Below are positions 1-8,720 of a DNA stretch of 12,658 nt, one piece after another (position 1 is the first letter of the stretch; the number at the start of each line of letters is the position of its first letter). Origin of the DNA: a virus. The notes under the pieces are model-generated. The model saw only the letters and a program-made list of their open reading frames with translations. It searched no databases and had not been told where the DNA came from. Position numbers and translations under genes: made by a program. The stretch lies in the UHGV virus genome UHGV-1796775. The stretch is one strand, 5' to 3'.

Positions 1-50
1 ATCGATACTGGAAAAAACTCTAACTCGGTGGCCAGTTTTTGTTGACCACT

Positions 51-1457
51 TCAGTATGCATAGCGAACGGCTGAGAGAACGTCGTCGTTAAGCTTGACGA
101 TCTTCCCGTTTTCATCACGGTGATAGAGGCGGAACTCCTCAAAGAATGGCTCACAGGTGTTGAATACTTTGAAGCGACCATCGAGCATCATGTCGCGCAA
201 TTCAGTGATGCCAGGCTCAACAGCATTACCGCCATCAGGCCATGTCGCATGCTCCTGTAACATCATAAAACCAGCATCTGCATACTGCCCTTTGAGCTGC
301 TCACCGCCGCCCTTCTCGTGCTGGTTTCCGTCATGAGGCCATGCGGTTGGCACTTTATGCGCCCATGATTTAACAGCTCCCCACGCCTGAACGGCTGTTT
401 TTTCTTTCGCCTTCCACACGCGTGAAACGTAGATTGTGTCTGCGTCCTTATCCCACCAAAGCTGAACCTGCGCCTGTGGGTGATCCCATCCGAAATCCAT
501 CCCGCCAATTACGTAGAAGTGATCAGGACACTCGAACGGCTGACACTTAATCGTCTCTTCCGGTATCTGGAAGATTCGACCACTACCCATCGTAGGAATG
601 CCGCGAGCACGCGCCTCTCTCTCATGCTCGGGATAGGATGCGATGATTTGCTCTTTCTGCTCGTCGGTGTAGTGCTCTGCGTCATAGATGGTCATGTTGA
701 CCACTTTCTGCGACTTGCTGGGATTCTTCAGGAACTTGGTAACAACGTCAGACATCCCCATCAGCGGGGTAAACGTCAGAATTGAGAATTGCCCGTATTT
801 GTTGGTACGGGTAAGACCTTCGCCATAAATGCTGTATGGTGGCTCTTCGTCAAACCACACGCCGTGGATTGTGTCACCCTGCCAGCGAGCACGGCCTTGC
901 GAGTATGGCTTGAAGTAGCAGATTGAAATGCCATCTTCAACGCCATCAGCCGTGTGATGCTTAACCAGAAGATGATCAACAAGGTTCGGAAAGAAAGGAG
1001 ACTTCTTCCAGCTAATGATGTCTTCTTTCGGTATGGAACCGTAGCCAGGCTCATCATTCTCTTCGATACGACCGCACAGGATGCGTTGAGTCGTTTTGGT
1101 TACAGTCTCGTTTGTCTCGCCACCAATCCAGAAGACAACAGGCTCATAGAAACGCTTACCTTTCCACTCACCGCCATATTTACCATCAGCAGGATAGCCT
1201 TTTGTGCCCGGGTAACGCCCTGTAAGGTGAAACGCGACTTCAGCAGCACCAGTAAATGACTTACCAAGCTGGTTACCAGCCATAAAACATCGCTCTGGAT
1301 AGTCATGTCCGGCGTCGATGAACTCACGCTGTTTGCTGTATGGCGTAAATTCATATAGCAGGTGTGTGTTCCGGTAGTTCTCTTCTTCTTCGAGTAGCTC
1401 GAGCAATTCGATTTGCTCTTCGTCGCTCAGGTTATCAAGAATCGCGTCCAGTTCCAC
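51..1457 (-). CDS. terL: Terminase large subunit (P22/Sf6-like), 468 aa
   Basis: Long minus-strand ORF. GTG start at 1457, with AAGGAG about 10 nt upstream, overlaps the terS 3' end by 23 nt. Placement directly after terS fits a packaging module; family assignment is by recollection only. Stop at 51-53. Confidence 0.85.
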   Translation of the reverse strand: MELDAILDNLSDEEQIELLELLEEEENYRNTHLLYEFTPYSKQREFIDAGHDYPERCFMAGNQLGKSFTGAAEVAFHLTGRYPGTKGYPADGKYGGEWKGKRFYEPVVFWIGGETNETVTKTTQRILCGRIEENDEPGYGSIPKEDIISWKKSPFFPNLVDHLLVKHHTADGVEDGISICYFKPYSQGRARWQGDTIHGVWFDEEPPYSIYGEGLTRTNKYGQFSILTFTPLMGMSDVVTKFLKNPSKSQKVVNMTIYDAEHYTDEQKEQIIASYPEHEREARARGIPTMGSGRIFQIPEETIKCQPFECPDHFYVIGGMDFGWDHPQAQVQLWWDKDADTIYVSRVWKAKEKTAVQAWGAVKSWAHKVPTAWPHDGNQHEKGGGEQLKGQYADAGFMMLQEHATWPDGGNAVEPGITELRDMMLDGRFKVFNTCEPFFEEFRLYHRDENGKIVKLNDDVLSAVRYAY

Positions 1458-1923
1458 GGTTGAATAGCTCCTTGATACGAGAGCGTCGCTTATCGCGATC
1501 TCCCTTATCAGGTGTCACGTCTTCAACTTGCGACTGCTCTTTGAGGCCCAAATCACGGGCGATGATGTTAGCGTTGAGAAGGTCAGCGGCTGCGCCAGAG
1601 AATTTCTGGTCGTAGATGATGTCTTCCGCTCGTGATGTGACGTCAGAAAAACCTTCCATTGACCGGAAGGTTCCCCATGTTTGCCTGGTGATATCAAGGA
1701 AGGTACACAATCCTGAAATAGTCATGGCTCGCATCTTAGGGACATTAGCCTTAATTATTTCTCCCTGATATGAAAATACCTTACCCTCCCATAGCGGGTT
1801 ATCATCAGCCCACTCGAAGTATTCACAACAAGCAGCCCACAGCGCCTCAGGCGATTCGAATTTAGGATTTCGCCCATGACTACTGCGGGCCTCCCAAAAT
1901 CGGTTGCCCTTTGGTGCTGCCAT
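1435..1923 (-). CDS. terS: Terminase small subunit (P22 gp3-like), 162 aa
   Basis: ORF track 1435..1929; I prefer the ATG at 1923 ([17 protein letters not shown]...), which has better spacing from a GTGAG Shine-Dalgarno than the ATG at 1929. The N-terminal sequence is characteristic of P22-type small terminases from memory. Confidence 0.8.
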   Translation of the reverse strand: MAAPKGNRFWEARSSHGRNPKFESPEALWAACCEYFEWADDNPLWEGKVFSYQGEIIKANVPKMRAMTISGLCTFLDITRQTWGTFRSMEGFSDVTSRAEDIIYDQKFSGAAADLLNANIIARDLGLKEQSQVEDVTPDKGDRDKRRSRIKELFNRGTGRDS

Positions 1924-1958
1924 ATTCATCTCACTTATTTGTTATTTCAGGTTGAGCA

Positions 1959-2201
1959 TCATGCTCCGGTAGTGAACAGGTCTAACGCTTCCTTCGATTT
2001 ACGCACCGCTTCGATAGTTCGGGTCGTGATATCTGAATTAGCGCCGCCTGACTGGAAGTGAATTTTGAATAGCTCAAGCTTCAGCTCGTCAGTGCCAATG
2101 AACTGAAATGCCTCCTCTGCGGCTGCGTTCTGGTTCATGACCAGTTTGTAAATCTCTAACTGGAATTTCTGTTCTTCAGTCATGGGAATAATCTCTGCCA
2201 T
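1959..2201 (-). CDS. Hypothetical protein, 80 aa
   Basis: Minus-strand ORF with ATG at 2201 and an alternative ATG at 2183. No convincing RBS for the first ATG. It sits between the lysis and packaging modules; no recognisable motif. Confidence 0.5.
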   Translation of the reverse strand: MAEIIPMTEEQKFQLEIYKLVMNQNAAAEEAFQFIGTDELKLELFKIHFQSGGANSDITTRTIEAVRKSKEALDLFTTGA

Positions 2202-2304
2202 TGTTGGCTACATTTATCCGTTAAAAGGGATATCAGTTAAGTTATCCCGTGTAGGGTATAAGCCATTATCAAAGCCACTCTGTAGGGAATGGCTTTTGTA
2301 ATAA

Positions 2305-2685
2305 CTACTGTTCGCTTAGCTTCTGCTTCAGCAAGTAACCTTCTAGCATCCAGATTTTGTTTACAGCATTTTGCCGGGCAATCTTCCGACCAATTTCTGC
2401 ATCAAAATTTTCCGGACTTGCACAGGCACTCTCTCCGGTGACGGTGAAGCCATTCTTCAGCACCAGTACGCAGAAAGTGAGCAACTTCAATGGCGATAAA
2501 TCACGATCGCCTTCTTCTGGTTTTTCTCTGCCACAATATTCGTTGCTGGAAATGGCACCATTACGTCCATCATAAGCAGTAAAGTAATGCTCGCTTTTAA
2601 TCACGTCTTCGATGTGCTGCGGGGTGATTCGCGGTGCCGTTTTTCCTTTCTCAACGATTTCTTTTTCGATTTGCTGGTCGTTCAT
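2305..2685 (-). CDS. Hypothetical phage protein, 126 aa
   Basis: Minus-strand ORF with ATG at 2685 and an AGGGT Shine-Dalgarno about 8 nt upstream. Its stop codon is immediately followed by a conserved hairpin element. Function unknown. Confidence 0.6.
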   Translation of the reverse strand: MNDQQIEKEIVEKGKTAPRITPQHIEDVIKSEHYFTAYDGRNGAISSNEYCGREKPEEGDRDLSPLKLLTFCVLVLKNGFTVTGESACASPENFDAEIGRKIARQNAVNKIWMLEGYLLKQKLSEQ

Positions 2686-2911
2686 AATTATGACCCTGTG
2701 GAGTGGTTGCTTGATTAGGATGTCTTTCCATCAGTCCGCCACCACAAAGAATCTTTTTTGCCATAAGGCAGGAGGTTCATCTTTCAGTGGCTGCCAGTGT
2801 TATTTCCCCACTTACTGGCTTGGGTTGTTTCGTGGTACTGCCGTTAACTGGTTACCCAGAATAAATTCCGGTTTCATTATCAAGCCCACCCGTAGATAGG
2901 CTTTGTAATGG

Positions 2912-3199
2912 CTACTTCTTCAGAAATGATTCGATGAACTCACGCCGGGGATGACGATAGTTCAGAATATCTTCTGGCATCCTCATAAAGCGGTTGTTGC
3001 CGTCTTTGGCAGTAACAAAACAGCTGTGAACTCCGCAGACATCCGTTTTGATTGTGTCGCTATACTCAAAAAGCAACTGAGCCATCTTCTCTTGCCATTC
3101 TGGCGGCATAGCCTCCATGAATACTCGCGGCATCACGCAGAACGGCGCATGCGTAAGACCAAACCACAGTTGCAGGTCTTTACGATATTCTTCATCCAT
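2912..3199 (-). CDS. Hypothetical protein, 95 aa
   Basis: Minus-strand ORF with ATG at 3199 and an AAGGT Shine-Dalgarno about 7 nt upstream. It is preceded by an intrinsic-terminator-like hairpin and followed by a conserved hairpin element. No recognisable motif. Confidence 0.55.
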   Translation of the reverse strand: MDEEYRKDLQLWFGLTHAPFCVMPRVFMEAMPPEWQEKMAQLLFEYSDTIKTDVCGVHSCFVTAKDGNNRFMRMPEDILNYRHPRREFIESFLKK

Positions 3200-3217
3200 C
3201 GTCTTTACCTTTGTTGC

Positions 3218-3242
3218 AATAAAAATCCCCGCAAATGCGAGG
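3218..3242 (-). terminator. Intrinsic terminator-like hairpin downstream of Rz
   Basis: Minus-strand RNA CCUCGC-AUUU-GCGGGG followed by AUUUUUAUU: a 6-bp GC-rich stem, 4-nt loop and U-tract, lying 19 nt upstream of the 95-aa ORF start. Confidence 0.5.
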
Positions 3243-3417
3243 CTAAATCCTGGTATTTGTAATGACTGGCTCTTATCTCAACGCAGCCCCTTACCGCGCG
3301 CCAGATGCTCAATATCAAGCATCAGCAATGAGATGTTTAATCTGGATTCACTCCAGAAGTGATCACCACCCTGTCTACAGAGCCAGATGTGAAGGATGAT
3401 GAGTAAAATTATCGCTA

Positions 3418-3855
3418 TCATCGAAGGCATTGCGTCCTGATGTATTCCTGCAGGTAGTTAACCTGCGCGGTTATCCTGTCGATTCCACTTCGGAGACGGT
3501 AATAATTGAGTTCAGCATCTGCTGTAAGTCCTGGACTTTCTCCATCGCCCATGCCGCTGGCTCCGGTCGTTGACTTTGCACAGGTGGCGGCGACTTGCAG
3601 GCGCTTACGCCCAGCAGAAACATCAGCACGGAGACTTTCGATAGTCGCGTTAGCATCAGCAAGCTCCTTTGTATATCTGGCGTCGAGTTCTGCTACATCA
3701 CGTTGACGCTTCTGCATGTCAGCGATTGTGGATGTGGCCTTATCGCGCTGCTCTTTGTAGGCGATGGCGTTATCACGGTAATGATTAACCGCCCATGACA
3801 GACAGACGATGATGCAGATAACCAGAGCGGAGATAATCGCGGTGACTCTGCTCAT
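3418..3855 (-). CDS. Rz: Rz i-spanin (inner-membrane spanin subunit), 145 aa
   Basis: ATG at 3855 overlaps the R stop (ATGA). N-terminal TM segment [23 protein letters not shown] matches lambda Rz from memory; the rest is homologous but diverged. Rz1 is embedded in the +1 frame. Confidence 0.85.
   Translation of the reverse strand: MSRVTAIISALVICIIVCLSWAVNHYRDNAIAYKEQRDKATSTIADMQKRQRDVAELDARYTKELADANATIESLRADVSAGRKRLQVAATCAKSTTGASGMGDGESPGLTADAELNYYRLRSGIDRITAQVNYLQEYIRTQCLR
3471..3656 (-). CDS. Rz1: Rz1 o-spanin (outer-membrane lipoprotein), 61 aa
   Basis: Embedded inside Rz in another frame. ATG at 3656 with AAGGAG 7 nt upstream (the ORF track's 3662 start is a TTG). Signal peptide with lipobox VSAC followed by a proline-rich stretch, as expected for Rz1. 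Confidence 0.75.
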   Translation of the reverse strand: MLTRLSKVSVLMFLLGVSACKSPPPVQSQRPEPAAWAMEKVQDLQQMLNSIITVSEVESTG

Positions 3856-4328
3856 ACCTCAATCTCTCTGACCGTTCCACCCGCTTCTTTGAATTTTGCA
3901 ATCAGGCTGTCAGCCTTATGCTCGAACTGACCATAACCAGCGCCAGGCAGTGAAGCCCAGATATTGCTGCAACGGTCGATAGCCTGACGAATATCACCGC
4001 GATCAATCATCGGCAAAGCGCCACGCTCCTTAATCTGCTGCAATGCAACAGCATCCTGGCTTTTAGGAGAGAAGTCTTTCAGGCCAAGCTGCTTACGATA
4101 GGCATCCCACCAACGGGAAAGAAGCTGGTAACGCCCGGCGGCTGTTGATTTGAGTTTTGGGTTTAGCGTGACAAGTTTGCGAGGGTGATCAGAGTAATCA
4201 GTGAATAGCTCTCCGCCTACAATGACGTCATAACCATGATTTCTGGTTTTCTGTCGTCCGTTATCAGTCCCCTCTGACCACGCCAGCATATCGAGGAACG
4301 CCTTACGTTGATTATTGATTTCCACCAT
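3852..4328 (-). CDS. R: Endolysin R (lambda-type lytic transglycosylase), 158 aa
   Basis: Translation [39 protein letters not shown]... matches lambda R from memory nearly residue for residue. Start overlaps the S 3' end. Confidence 0.93.
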   Translation of the reverse strand: MVEINNQRKAFLDMLAWSEGTDNGRQKTRNHGYDVIVGGELFTDYSDHPRKLVTLNPKLKSTAAGRYQLLSRWWDAYRKQLGLKDFSPKSQDAVALQQIKERGALPMIDRGDIRQAIDRCSNIWASLPGAGYGQFEHKADSLIAKFKEAGGTVREIEV

Positions 4329-4635
4329 CTTCTACTCCGGCTTTTTTAGCAGCGAAGCGTTTGATAAGCGAACCAATCGAGTCAGTACCGATGTAGCCGA
4401 TGAACACGCTCGTTATATAAGCGAGATTGCTACTTAGTCCGGCGAAGTCGAGAAGATCACGAATGAACCAGGCGATAATGGCGCACATCGTTGCGTCGAT
4501 TACTGTTTTTGTAAACGCACCGCCATTATATCTGCCGCGAAGGTACGCCATTGCAAACGCAAGGATTGCCCCGATGCCTTGTTCCTTTGCCGCAAGAATG
4601 GCGGCTAACAGGTCATGTTTTTCTGGCATCTTCAT
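4312..4635 (-). CDS. S: Holin S (class I; dual-start holin/antiholin), 107 aa
   Basis: Translation [39 protein letters not shown]... is essentially lambda S. The Met1-Lys2-Met3 dual start (ATG at 4635 and 4629) gives S107 antiholin and S105 holin. Confidence 0.93.
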   Translation of the reverse strand: MKMPEKHDLLAAILAAKEQGIGAILAFAMAYLRGRYNGGAFTKTVIDATMCAIIAWFIRDLLDFAGLSSNLAYITSVFIGYIGTDSIGSLIKRFAAKKAGVEDGGNQ

Positions 4636-5041
4636 GTCTTACCCCCAATAAGGGGATTTGCTCTATTTAATTAGGAATAAGGTCGATTACTGATCGAACA
4701 AATCCAGGCTACTGTGTTTAGTAATCAGATTTGTTCGTGACCGATATGCACGGGCAAAACGGCAGGAGGTTGTTAGCGCAGCCTCTTGCCATCCGCTTTC
4801 ACGAAGGTCATGTGTAGAAGGCCGCAGCGTAACTATTACTAATGAATTCAGAACAGACAGTGGCTACGGCTCAGTTTGGGTTGTGCTGTTGCTGGGCGGC
4901 GATGACGCCTGTACGCATTTGGTGATCCGGTTCTGCTTCCGGTATTCGCTTAATTCAGCACAACGGAAAGAGCACTGGCTAACCAGGCTCGCCGACTCTT
5001 CACGATTATCGACTCAATGCTCTTACCTGTTGTGCAGATAT

Positions 5042-5098
5042 AAAAAATCCCGAAACCGTTATGCAGGCTCTAACTATTACCTGCGAACTGTTTCGGGA
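5042..5098 (-). terminator. tR' late terminator
   Basis: Long hairpin with arms at 5048-5056 and 5090-5098 (UCCCGAAAC / GUUUCGGGA) followed on the minus-strand RNA by a U6 tract (plus-strand A-run 5042-5047). Confidence 0.7.
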
Positions 5099-5233
5099 TT
5101 GCATTTTGCAGACCTCTCTGCCTGCGATGGTTGGAGTTCCAGACGATACGTCGAAGTGACCAACTAGGCGGAATCGGTAGTAAGCGCCGCCTCTTTTCAT
5201 CTCACTACCACAACGAGCGAATTAACCCATCGT
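5042..5233 (-). ncRNA. Lambda-type 6S late leader RNA (pR' transcript terminated at tR')
   Basis: Minus-strand sequence from ACGATGGGTTAATTCGCTCG... to ...GCATAACGGTTTCGGGATTTTTTAT matches the lambda pR'-tR' transcript as I remember it. End coordinates are approximate. Confidence 0.7.
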
Positions 5234-5240
5234 TGAGTCA

Positions 5241-5269
5241 AATTTACCCAATTTTATTCAATAAGTCAA
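5241..5269 (-). promoter_or_regulatory. Late promoter pR' with overlapping Q-utilisation (qut) region
   Basis: On the minus strand, TTGACT (-35, plus 5264-5269), a 17-bp spacer, then TAAATT (-10, plus 5241-5246). The arrangement matches lambda pR' from memory; it lies just downstream of Q. Confidence 0.7.
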
Positions 5270-5311
5270 TATCATGCCGTTAATATGTTGCCATCCGTGG
5301 CAATCATGCTG

Positions 5312-5935
5312 CTAACGTGTGACCGCATTCAAAATGTTGTCTGCGATTGACTCTTCTTTGTGGCATTGCACCACCAGAGCGTCATACAGCGGCTTAACAG
5401 TGCGTGACCAGGTGGGTTGGGTAAGGTTTGGGATTAGCATCGTCACAGCGCGATATGCTGCGCTTGCTGGCATCCTTGAATAGCCGACGCCTTTGCATCT
5501 TCCGCACTCTTTCTCGACAACTCTCCCCCACAGCTCTGTTTTGGCAATATCAACCGCACGGCCTGTACCGTGGCAATCTCTGCATCTTGCCCCCGGCGTC
5601 GCGGCACTACGGCAATAATCCGCATAAGCGAATGTTGCGAGCACTTGCAGTACCTTTGCCTTAGTATTTCCTTCAAGCTTTGCCACACCACGGTATTTCC
5701 CCGATACCTTGTGTGCAAATTGCATCAGATAGTTGATAGCCTTTTGTTTGTCGTTCTGGCTGAGTTCGTGCTTACCGCAGAATGCAGCCATACCGAATCC
5801 GGCTTGTGATTGCGCCATCCCCATAGCAGCCATCACATCAGTACCGGAAAGAGAGTCAGAAGCCGTGGCCCGTGGTGAGTCGCTCATCATCGGGCTTTTT
5901 GGCGAATGAAATTTAGCTACGCTTTCGAGTCTCAT
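5312..5935 (-). CDS. Q: Late-gene antiterminator Q (lambda-type), 207 aa
   Basis: Translation [27 protein letters not shown]...[12 protein letters not shown]...CGRCKGVGY is lambda Q with its zinc-binding Cys cluster. ATG at 5935 overlaps the NinI stop (ATGA). Confidence 0.93.
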   Translation of the reverse strand: MRLESVAKFHSPKSPMMSDSPRATASDSLSGTDVMAAMGMAQSQAGFGMAAFCGKHELSQNDKQKAINYLMQFAHKVSGKYRGVAKLEGNTKAKVLQVLATFAYADYCRSAATPGARCRDCHGTGRAVDIAKTELWGRVVEKECGRCKGVGYSRMPASAAYRAVTMLIPNLTQPTWSRTVKPLYDALVVQCHKEESIADNILNAVTR

Positions 5936-6597
5936 GCGCCTTCTCCCTGTACCTGAATCAATGTGAGGTTTCCGCAGAACACTGCGCCGGTATCGATATA
6001 CATCTGGTTGGCAAACTTGAGTGGTTTCACTGCTGGCGTATGACCAAAGATGAACGTGTCCGCGCCTTTGATTTCTTTCACGATCCCGTCTTGTGAGTTG
6101 CTGATTCGTTCGCGGTTCCAGATTACCTGCTGATGATCAACTGGCTTTCCAAACTCGTATTCGTCACAAGGATAATCGGCGTGGCAGATGACATATTTTT
6201 TTCCTTTACTCACCAGTTCGATGATTAACGGAAGTTCATCTGCTTTATGGGCAAGAGCTTTAGCCAGAATTTCTTTGTCGTAATCGAGATTAAAGAACCA
6301 GCCACCGCCATTAAGCAGCCAGTGATTGACGTTTCCACGCTCTGATAAGCCATCAATCATCATTTGCTCATGGTTTCCACGTACAGCTCTGAACCAGGGG
6401 AATGTGATTAATTCCAGACATTCGACGTTCTCTGTACCGCGATCAACCAAATCGCCCACCGAGATAAGCAGGTCTTTTTTGGTGTCGAATCCTATCGTCT
6501 CCAGTTTTTTCATCAGGTTCGTGTAGCATCCGTGCAGATCGCCAACTACCCAAATATTTCGGTATTTGCTGCCATCAATTTTTTCGTAATAGCGCAT
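5932..6597 (-). CDS. ninI: NinI serine/threonine protein phosphatase (lambda PPase-like), 221 aa
   Basis: Metallophosphatase motifs GDLHG, GDLVDRG and GNHE. I place the start at the internal ATG (6597, MRYYEKIDG...), as in lambda PPase; the ORF-track N-terminal extension overlaps NinH and is probably not translated. Confidence 0.88.
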   Translation of the reverse strand: MRYYEKIDGSKYRNIWVVGDLHGCYTNLMKKLETIGFDTKKDLLISVGDLVDRGTENVECLELITFPWFRAVRGNHEQMMIDGLSERGNVNHWLLNGGGWFFNLDYDKEILAKALAHKADELPLIIELVSKGKKYVICHADYPCDEYEFGKPVDHQQVIWNRERISNSQDGIVKEIKGADTFIFGHTPAVKPLKFANQMYIDTGAVFCGNLTLIQVQGEGA

Positions 6598-6781
6598 CTC
6601 TTTCACTCCATCCGCGATGAACCATGAGAACGTCGTTGACGATGGCGTGCATTTTCCCGTCTTTATCATCAACGTATTTTCTGACCGTACCGCGACTACA
6701 TTTCAGTCTGCGTGCTACTTCTGTCTGGTTTCCGTATGCTTCAACGAGCATGTCTGGAATGGTTTTTACTGAGAACGTCAT
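6575..6781 (-). CDS. ninH: NinH (small Fis-like HTH protein), 68 aa
   Basis: 68-aa ORF with ATG at 6781 overlapping the NinG stop (ATGA). Sequence and size match lambda NinH from memory. Confidence 0.8.
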   Translation of the reverse strand: MTFSVKTIPDMLVEAYGNQTEVARRLKCSRGTVRKYVDDKDGKMHAIVNDVLMVHRGWSERDALLRKN

Positions 6782-7389
6782 GCGGCCTCACTTCTGCTAT
6801 TTCGCAGGTCTTTGAGTTTCTGCTGATACTCCGCCTTGATGGCCCTGCACTCTTCGACAGTCCAGCGATGGCGGTTATGGTTTGATTCGATTTCGTCTAC
6901 TGCTTCCTGCCCGATGCGATTAATCAGTTCGACGCGATACGGAACGAGATTTCCGCTTTTGTGCTGGTTGCACACCACGCATTGCTTGTGAATATTGCGT
7001 TCATCAAATCGGAGTTGAGGTGCCGCAGCAGTTGTCCGGTAATGTCCGGCATCCCACTGAGCAGACGTGAGCGTTCCGCACGAGATACATGGTAAGTCGC
7101 GGTCTCTTTCTCTGATGAAGGCGTTTACGGCTTGTTGGGCTTGTTTAATCCAGTAACTGCGGGGCTTTAAGGCGAGTTTTCGAATCTTAAGTTTATCTTT
7201 CTGTCTCTGATCCTCTCGTCGTCGTTTCTTCTCTGCTGCTTTTTCCGCTTTTTCGCGTTCTTTACTTCGTCGTTCGAGTGCTATCTTGGTTCCACACTCT
7301 GGAGAGCACCACCACTGATTAGCGAATGCAGGGTGAAACCATTCCCGACATTCATCGTTTTTACATCGTCTTCGCGCTGGTTTAGCCAT
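6778..7389 (-). CDS. ninG: NinG / Rap recombination-associated endonuclease, 203 aa
   Basis: Cys-rich N- and C-terminal clusters ([23 protein letters not shown]) separated by a basic stretch, typical of NinG/Rap. ATG at 7389. Confidence 0.85.
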   Translation of the reverse strand: MAKPARRRCKNDECREWFHPAFANQWWCSPECGTKIALERRSKEREKAEKAAEKKRRREDQRQKDKLKIRKLALKPRSYWIKQAQQAVNAFIRERDRDLPCISCGTLTSAQWDAGHYRTTAAAPQLRFDERNIHKQCVVCNQHKSGNLVPYRVELINRIGQEAVDEIESNHNRHRWTVEECRAIKAEYQQKLKDLRNSRSEAA

Positions 7390-7552
7390 CGTCTTCTTCC
7401 TCGTACATTGAGCTATTCGGATCGCTCATCAGTTCTGCGCAGCAGTGCTCACACACGTGAACTTCCAGCACATGCAGCTTCTGGCCGCAGTTAGCGCACG
7501 TTAAAGCCCGCTCGACGCTTCCTTGTTCGTAACTTCGATTTTGGTCAATCAC
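7382..7552 (-). CDS. ninF: NinF-like small zinc-finger protein, 56 aa
   Basis: Not in the ORF track. Hand translation from a GTG at 7552 (GTGA overlap with the NinE stop; GAGGA upstream) gives [56 protein letters not shown]. Its stop overlaps the NinG start. Confidence 0.6.
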   Translation of the reverse strand: MIDQNRSYEQGSVERALTCANCGQKLHVLEVHVCEHCCAELMSDPNSSMYEEEDDG

Positions 7553-7731
7553 CTTGTTTTCCTCGCACGTTCTCTAAGCCACCGGATATCCCACAGGTGA
7601 GCCGTGTAGTTGAAGGTTTTTACGTCAGATTCTTTTGGGATTGGCTTGCGTTTATTTCTGGAGCGTTTCGTTGGAAGGTATTTGCAGTTTTCACAGATTA
7701 TGTCGGTGATGCTTCGTCGCTGTCGTCTCAT
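7549..7731 (-). CDS. ninE: NinE, 60 aa
   Basis: Internal ATG at 7731 ([23 protein letters not shown]...) overlaps the methyltransferase stop (ATGA). The ORF-track 90-aa version is an upstream extension into that gene. Confidence 0.75.
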   Translation of the reverse strand: MRRQRRSITDIICENCKYLPTKRSRNKRKPIPKESDVKTFNYTAHLWDIRWLRERARKTR

Positions 7732-8255
7732 GCCGCCCTCCTGACGCCCTGCCCGATCGCCATCAATGCCGCTTTGGATACGGTAGTAAACATCCGTCGA
7801 GGACTGATGAACGGTCGCCAAATCAGCAGCATGGAGCCTTTGCTGTTTCCCTTCTTCTCCAGCCCTGTCGATGGTTCGATAAAATTAATCCGTCCATCAG
7901 TGATAATACGAACTTCGTCAACACTCTCCAGAGCCTTGCTGAACCATCCGACAGACATATCCTCTGGCACAAGCATCACTACCGTCTGTCGTTGTTGTAT
8001 GCACTGCTCAGCGGCTTTTTCCACCCACGGCCTGATATTGCTGTACGGTGGGTTATTCCAGATTGCACCGTGGCTTATCCACTCAGAATTTAGCGCGTCG
8101 TCGGCCTCAGTTAGCCAGTGAGCGCACAGAGCATTTTTGTCGCTCGCTGCCGAATCCAGCCAGAATCCAAACTCAATATCCAGTGCATCAAAAAGCCAAA
8201 GCGGCGTTTGCCAGCAGTCCTTGTCGTGTGCTGGCGTATTTGATTTGATAGTCAT
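7728..8255 (-). CDS. Phage Dam-type DNA N6-adenine methyltransferase, 175 aa
   Basis: Catalytic NPPY motif ([10 protein letters not shown]) and the typical N-terminal [13 protein letters not shown] block of the phage Dam family. Preferred start is the ATG at 8255 (ATGA overlap with the NinB stop, GGAAGG Shine-Dalgarno); an alternative ATG at 8282 would add 9 residues. Confidence 0.8.
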   Translation of the reverse strand: MTIKSNTPAHDKDCWQTPLWLFDALDIEFGFWLDSAASDKNALCAHWLTEADDALNSEWISHGAIWNNPPYSNIRPWVEKAAEQCIQQRQTVVMLVPEDMSVGWFSKALESVDEVRIITDGRINFIEPSTGLEKKGNSKGSMLLIWRPFISPRRMFTTVSKAALMAIGQGVRRAA

Positions 8256-8698
8256 GCAGCCTTCCCTTTTCGTTGTGACCATTCATACTCTCGCCGGGAG
8301 TCATCACTCCACCGCACGTTGCGCTCTGAGCCGAACCAGAACATGATTTCGATAAGCTCAGTCATGCTGGCCTTTCGCATTTTGCTGGTACGCACTCCAA
8401 GCATAACAACGCCACCGTCGATACCAGGCGCACTTCGTTGCTCCAGTTTTTTGGTCTTAAGCCACAGAGCAGTGAACAGATCTTTCCAGTCCTCCGGCGC
8501 AAGTCTCTGTCCATGCCAAAGCACCTGACGCGAAACATCGTTCAGCATCGGCCACATACGGTCATTCTGCGCTTTGCTCCGCTTGGGTTCTTTAATGTGG
8601 ACTTCGTGAGGTGACTTGTCGTCGATGGGAAGTGAGAGTATTGCGTCTATGGCGTTGTTTCTGATTGCTTCGTTGCGAAGCATGTATATTTGCTTCAT
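8252..8698 (-). CDS. ninB: NinB (Orf-family recombination mediator), 148 aa
   Basis: Homologous to lambda NinB from memory (e.g. LNDVSRQVLWHG, RNVRWSDD). ATG at 8698 with GAGGT upstream. Confidence 0.85.
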   Translation of the reverse strand: MKQIYMLRNEAIRNNAIDAILSLPIDDKSPHEVHIKEPKRSKAQNDRMWPMLNDVSRQVLWHGQRLAPEDWKDLFTALWLKTKKLEQRSAPGIDGGVVMLGVRTSKMRKASMTELIEIMFWFGSERNVRWSDDSRREYEWSQRKGKAA

Positions 8699-8720
8699 CG
8701 TTACCTCGACTTAATTCTGC

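Noticed and set aside
2612-2899. 95-aa Cys-rich plus-strand ORF spanning the 126-aa gene start and the upstream intergenic region
   Set aside because: No RBS or promoter evidence, and all neighbouring genes are on the other strand. Kept only as a remote possibility because the 2686-2874 intergenic gap is unusually long.
4883-5167. 94-aa plus-strand ORF in the Q-S intergenic region
   Set aside because: It is antisense to the lambda-like late leader and terminator, with no RBS or promoter support. The region is non-coding in lambda.
5006-5200. 64-aa minus-strand ORF (MKRGGAYYRFRLVGHF...) between pR' and tR'
   Set aside because: It lies entirely within the 6S late leader RNA, which matches lambda. 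It corresponds to the conventional lambda orf-64 annotation, which has no known product, so I treat it as a chance ORF within the leader.
4636-5311. Searched the Q-S interval for toxin, tRNA or other cargo
   Set aside because: The interval matches the lambda late leader region from memory and contains no additional ORF or tRNA-like structure.
6598-6672. N-terminal extension of the NinI ORF ([12 protein letters not shown]...)
   Set aside because: The extension overlaps the NinH coding region. The conserved phosphatase begins at the internal Met (MRYYEKIDG), which has its own Shine-Dalgarno.
7597-8121. 174-aa plus-strand ORF antisense to ninE and the methyltransferase
   Set aside because: Shadow ORF opposite well-supported genes. 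The product is low-complexity and Ser/Thr-rich with no start-site signals.
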